Below, piece after piece: positions 63,169 to 64,000 of a stretch of 64,000 nucleotides of DNA. The stretch spans positions 28,770,001 through 28,834,000 of the forward strand of contig NC_086109.1 of the NCBI RefSeq assembly GCF_963921235.1. The letters run 5' to 3'. Position numbers and translations under genes: made by a program. Under the pieces are notes generated by a model that had not been told where the DNA came from, did not search any database, and saw only the letters and a list, made by a program, of their open reading frames with translations. The DNA comes from Mobula hypostoma (lineage: Eukaryota). The stretch's first letter is position 1, and every line of letters begins with the position of its first letter.

Positions 63169-63568
63169 CAGTACTGTGCGAATGTGTTAGGCACACTAGA
63201 TTTTTTACATGGCTTTAGATTGCATGGGCTCCAGAGAACCCTGATCTCAACATCACCGAGGCTGTTTGGGATTACCTGCAGAGACAGAAGCAAGCCAGAC
63301 ACCCAAAGTCTGCAGAAGAACTGTGGATACTTGGAACAACGTACCAGTCGATTTTCTTATAAAAATGCATGACAGTGTACCTAATGGAAGCAGTTTAAAA
63401 GACAAGGGGTGGTCACAGCAAATAGCAATTTAATTTAGATTTTTTCACTGTTTACTGCTCTTTATACTAATTTTTTGATATTTAAAAACTTTTCATTTCA
63501 AAACTTTTGAAAGCATCTTCACGTCATAGAAATTTTTTACAGGTGGGTAAGACTTTTGCACAGTACTG
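63169..63568 (+). mobile_element. Tc1/mariner deletion derivative (~400 bp) inside a Rex1-like fragment
   Basis: TIRs CAGTACTGTGCGAATGTGTTAGGCAC and reverse complement of GTGGGTAAGACTTTTGCACAGTACTG; TA on the left and CA on the right; WAPENPDLNITEAVWDYL resembles the Tc1 WPxxSPDLNPIENxW motif. Confidence 0.9.
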
Positions 63569-64000
63569 CATTTGTTGTGAAAGATTTTGCGTTATGGCAG
63601 TTGTATGGAGCAAGACATTAAAAATTACCGAAAGTTTCAATGGAAAAAAACAGAGTACAAACATGGAATAGTGAGGTAGTGTTCATGGATTCATGGACTG
63701 CTCAGAAATCTGATGGCAGAGAAGAGGTTGTTCCTAAAACATTAAGTCTGTGTCTTCAGGCTCCTGTAGCTCCTTCCTGATGTAGTAATGAGAAAAGGTC
63801 ATGTTCCAGATGATGATGGTCTATCAAGATAGGTGGCACTTTCTTAAGGCACTGCCTTTTGAAGATGTCCTTGAGGTGGGGATGTTTGTAACCATGATGG
63901 ATGAGTTAACAACCCTGTGCAGACTATTTTGATCAAGTGCATTGGAGCCTTCACACCAGTCAGAATATGCTCCGCATTGCATCTGTAGAAATTTGCGAGA

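Overview
This is eukaryotic, repeat-rich vertebrate DNA. The repeat complement (CR1/HER1-like LINEs, V-domain SINEs, Penelope, Rex1/Babar, RTE, R4/Dong) suggests a cartilaginous fish, probably a ray; that assignment is an inference. No host protein-coding gene could be established, and every long ORF is retroelement-derived, so the window looks intronic or intergenic. The main structure missed by the ORF track is an old, internally deleted endogenous retrovirus-like provirus on the minus strand (26201-32011). It has two diverged LTRs, a TTGAG target-site duplication (TSD) that splits an RTE LINE, a tRNA-Pro primer-binding site, a splice donor, and stop-riddled capsid, MHR, zinc-knuckle and protease remnants, with no recognisable RT or env. 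Other notable items: several minimal hammerhead-ribozyme motifs in Penelope termini, two of them in fold-back mini-elements; two R4/Dong insertions at the same site of a Rex1-like repeat, one possibly a 3' transduction; three very similar young CR1 copies in alternating orientation; short non-autonomous LINE derivatives; a near full-length esterase-type CR1; a Tc1 relic; a perfect RFX X-box palindrome; and a few low-confidence exon candidates. All alignments and translations were done by eye, and the boundaries of old repeats are approximate.
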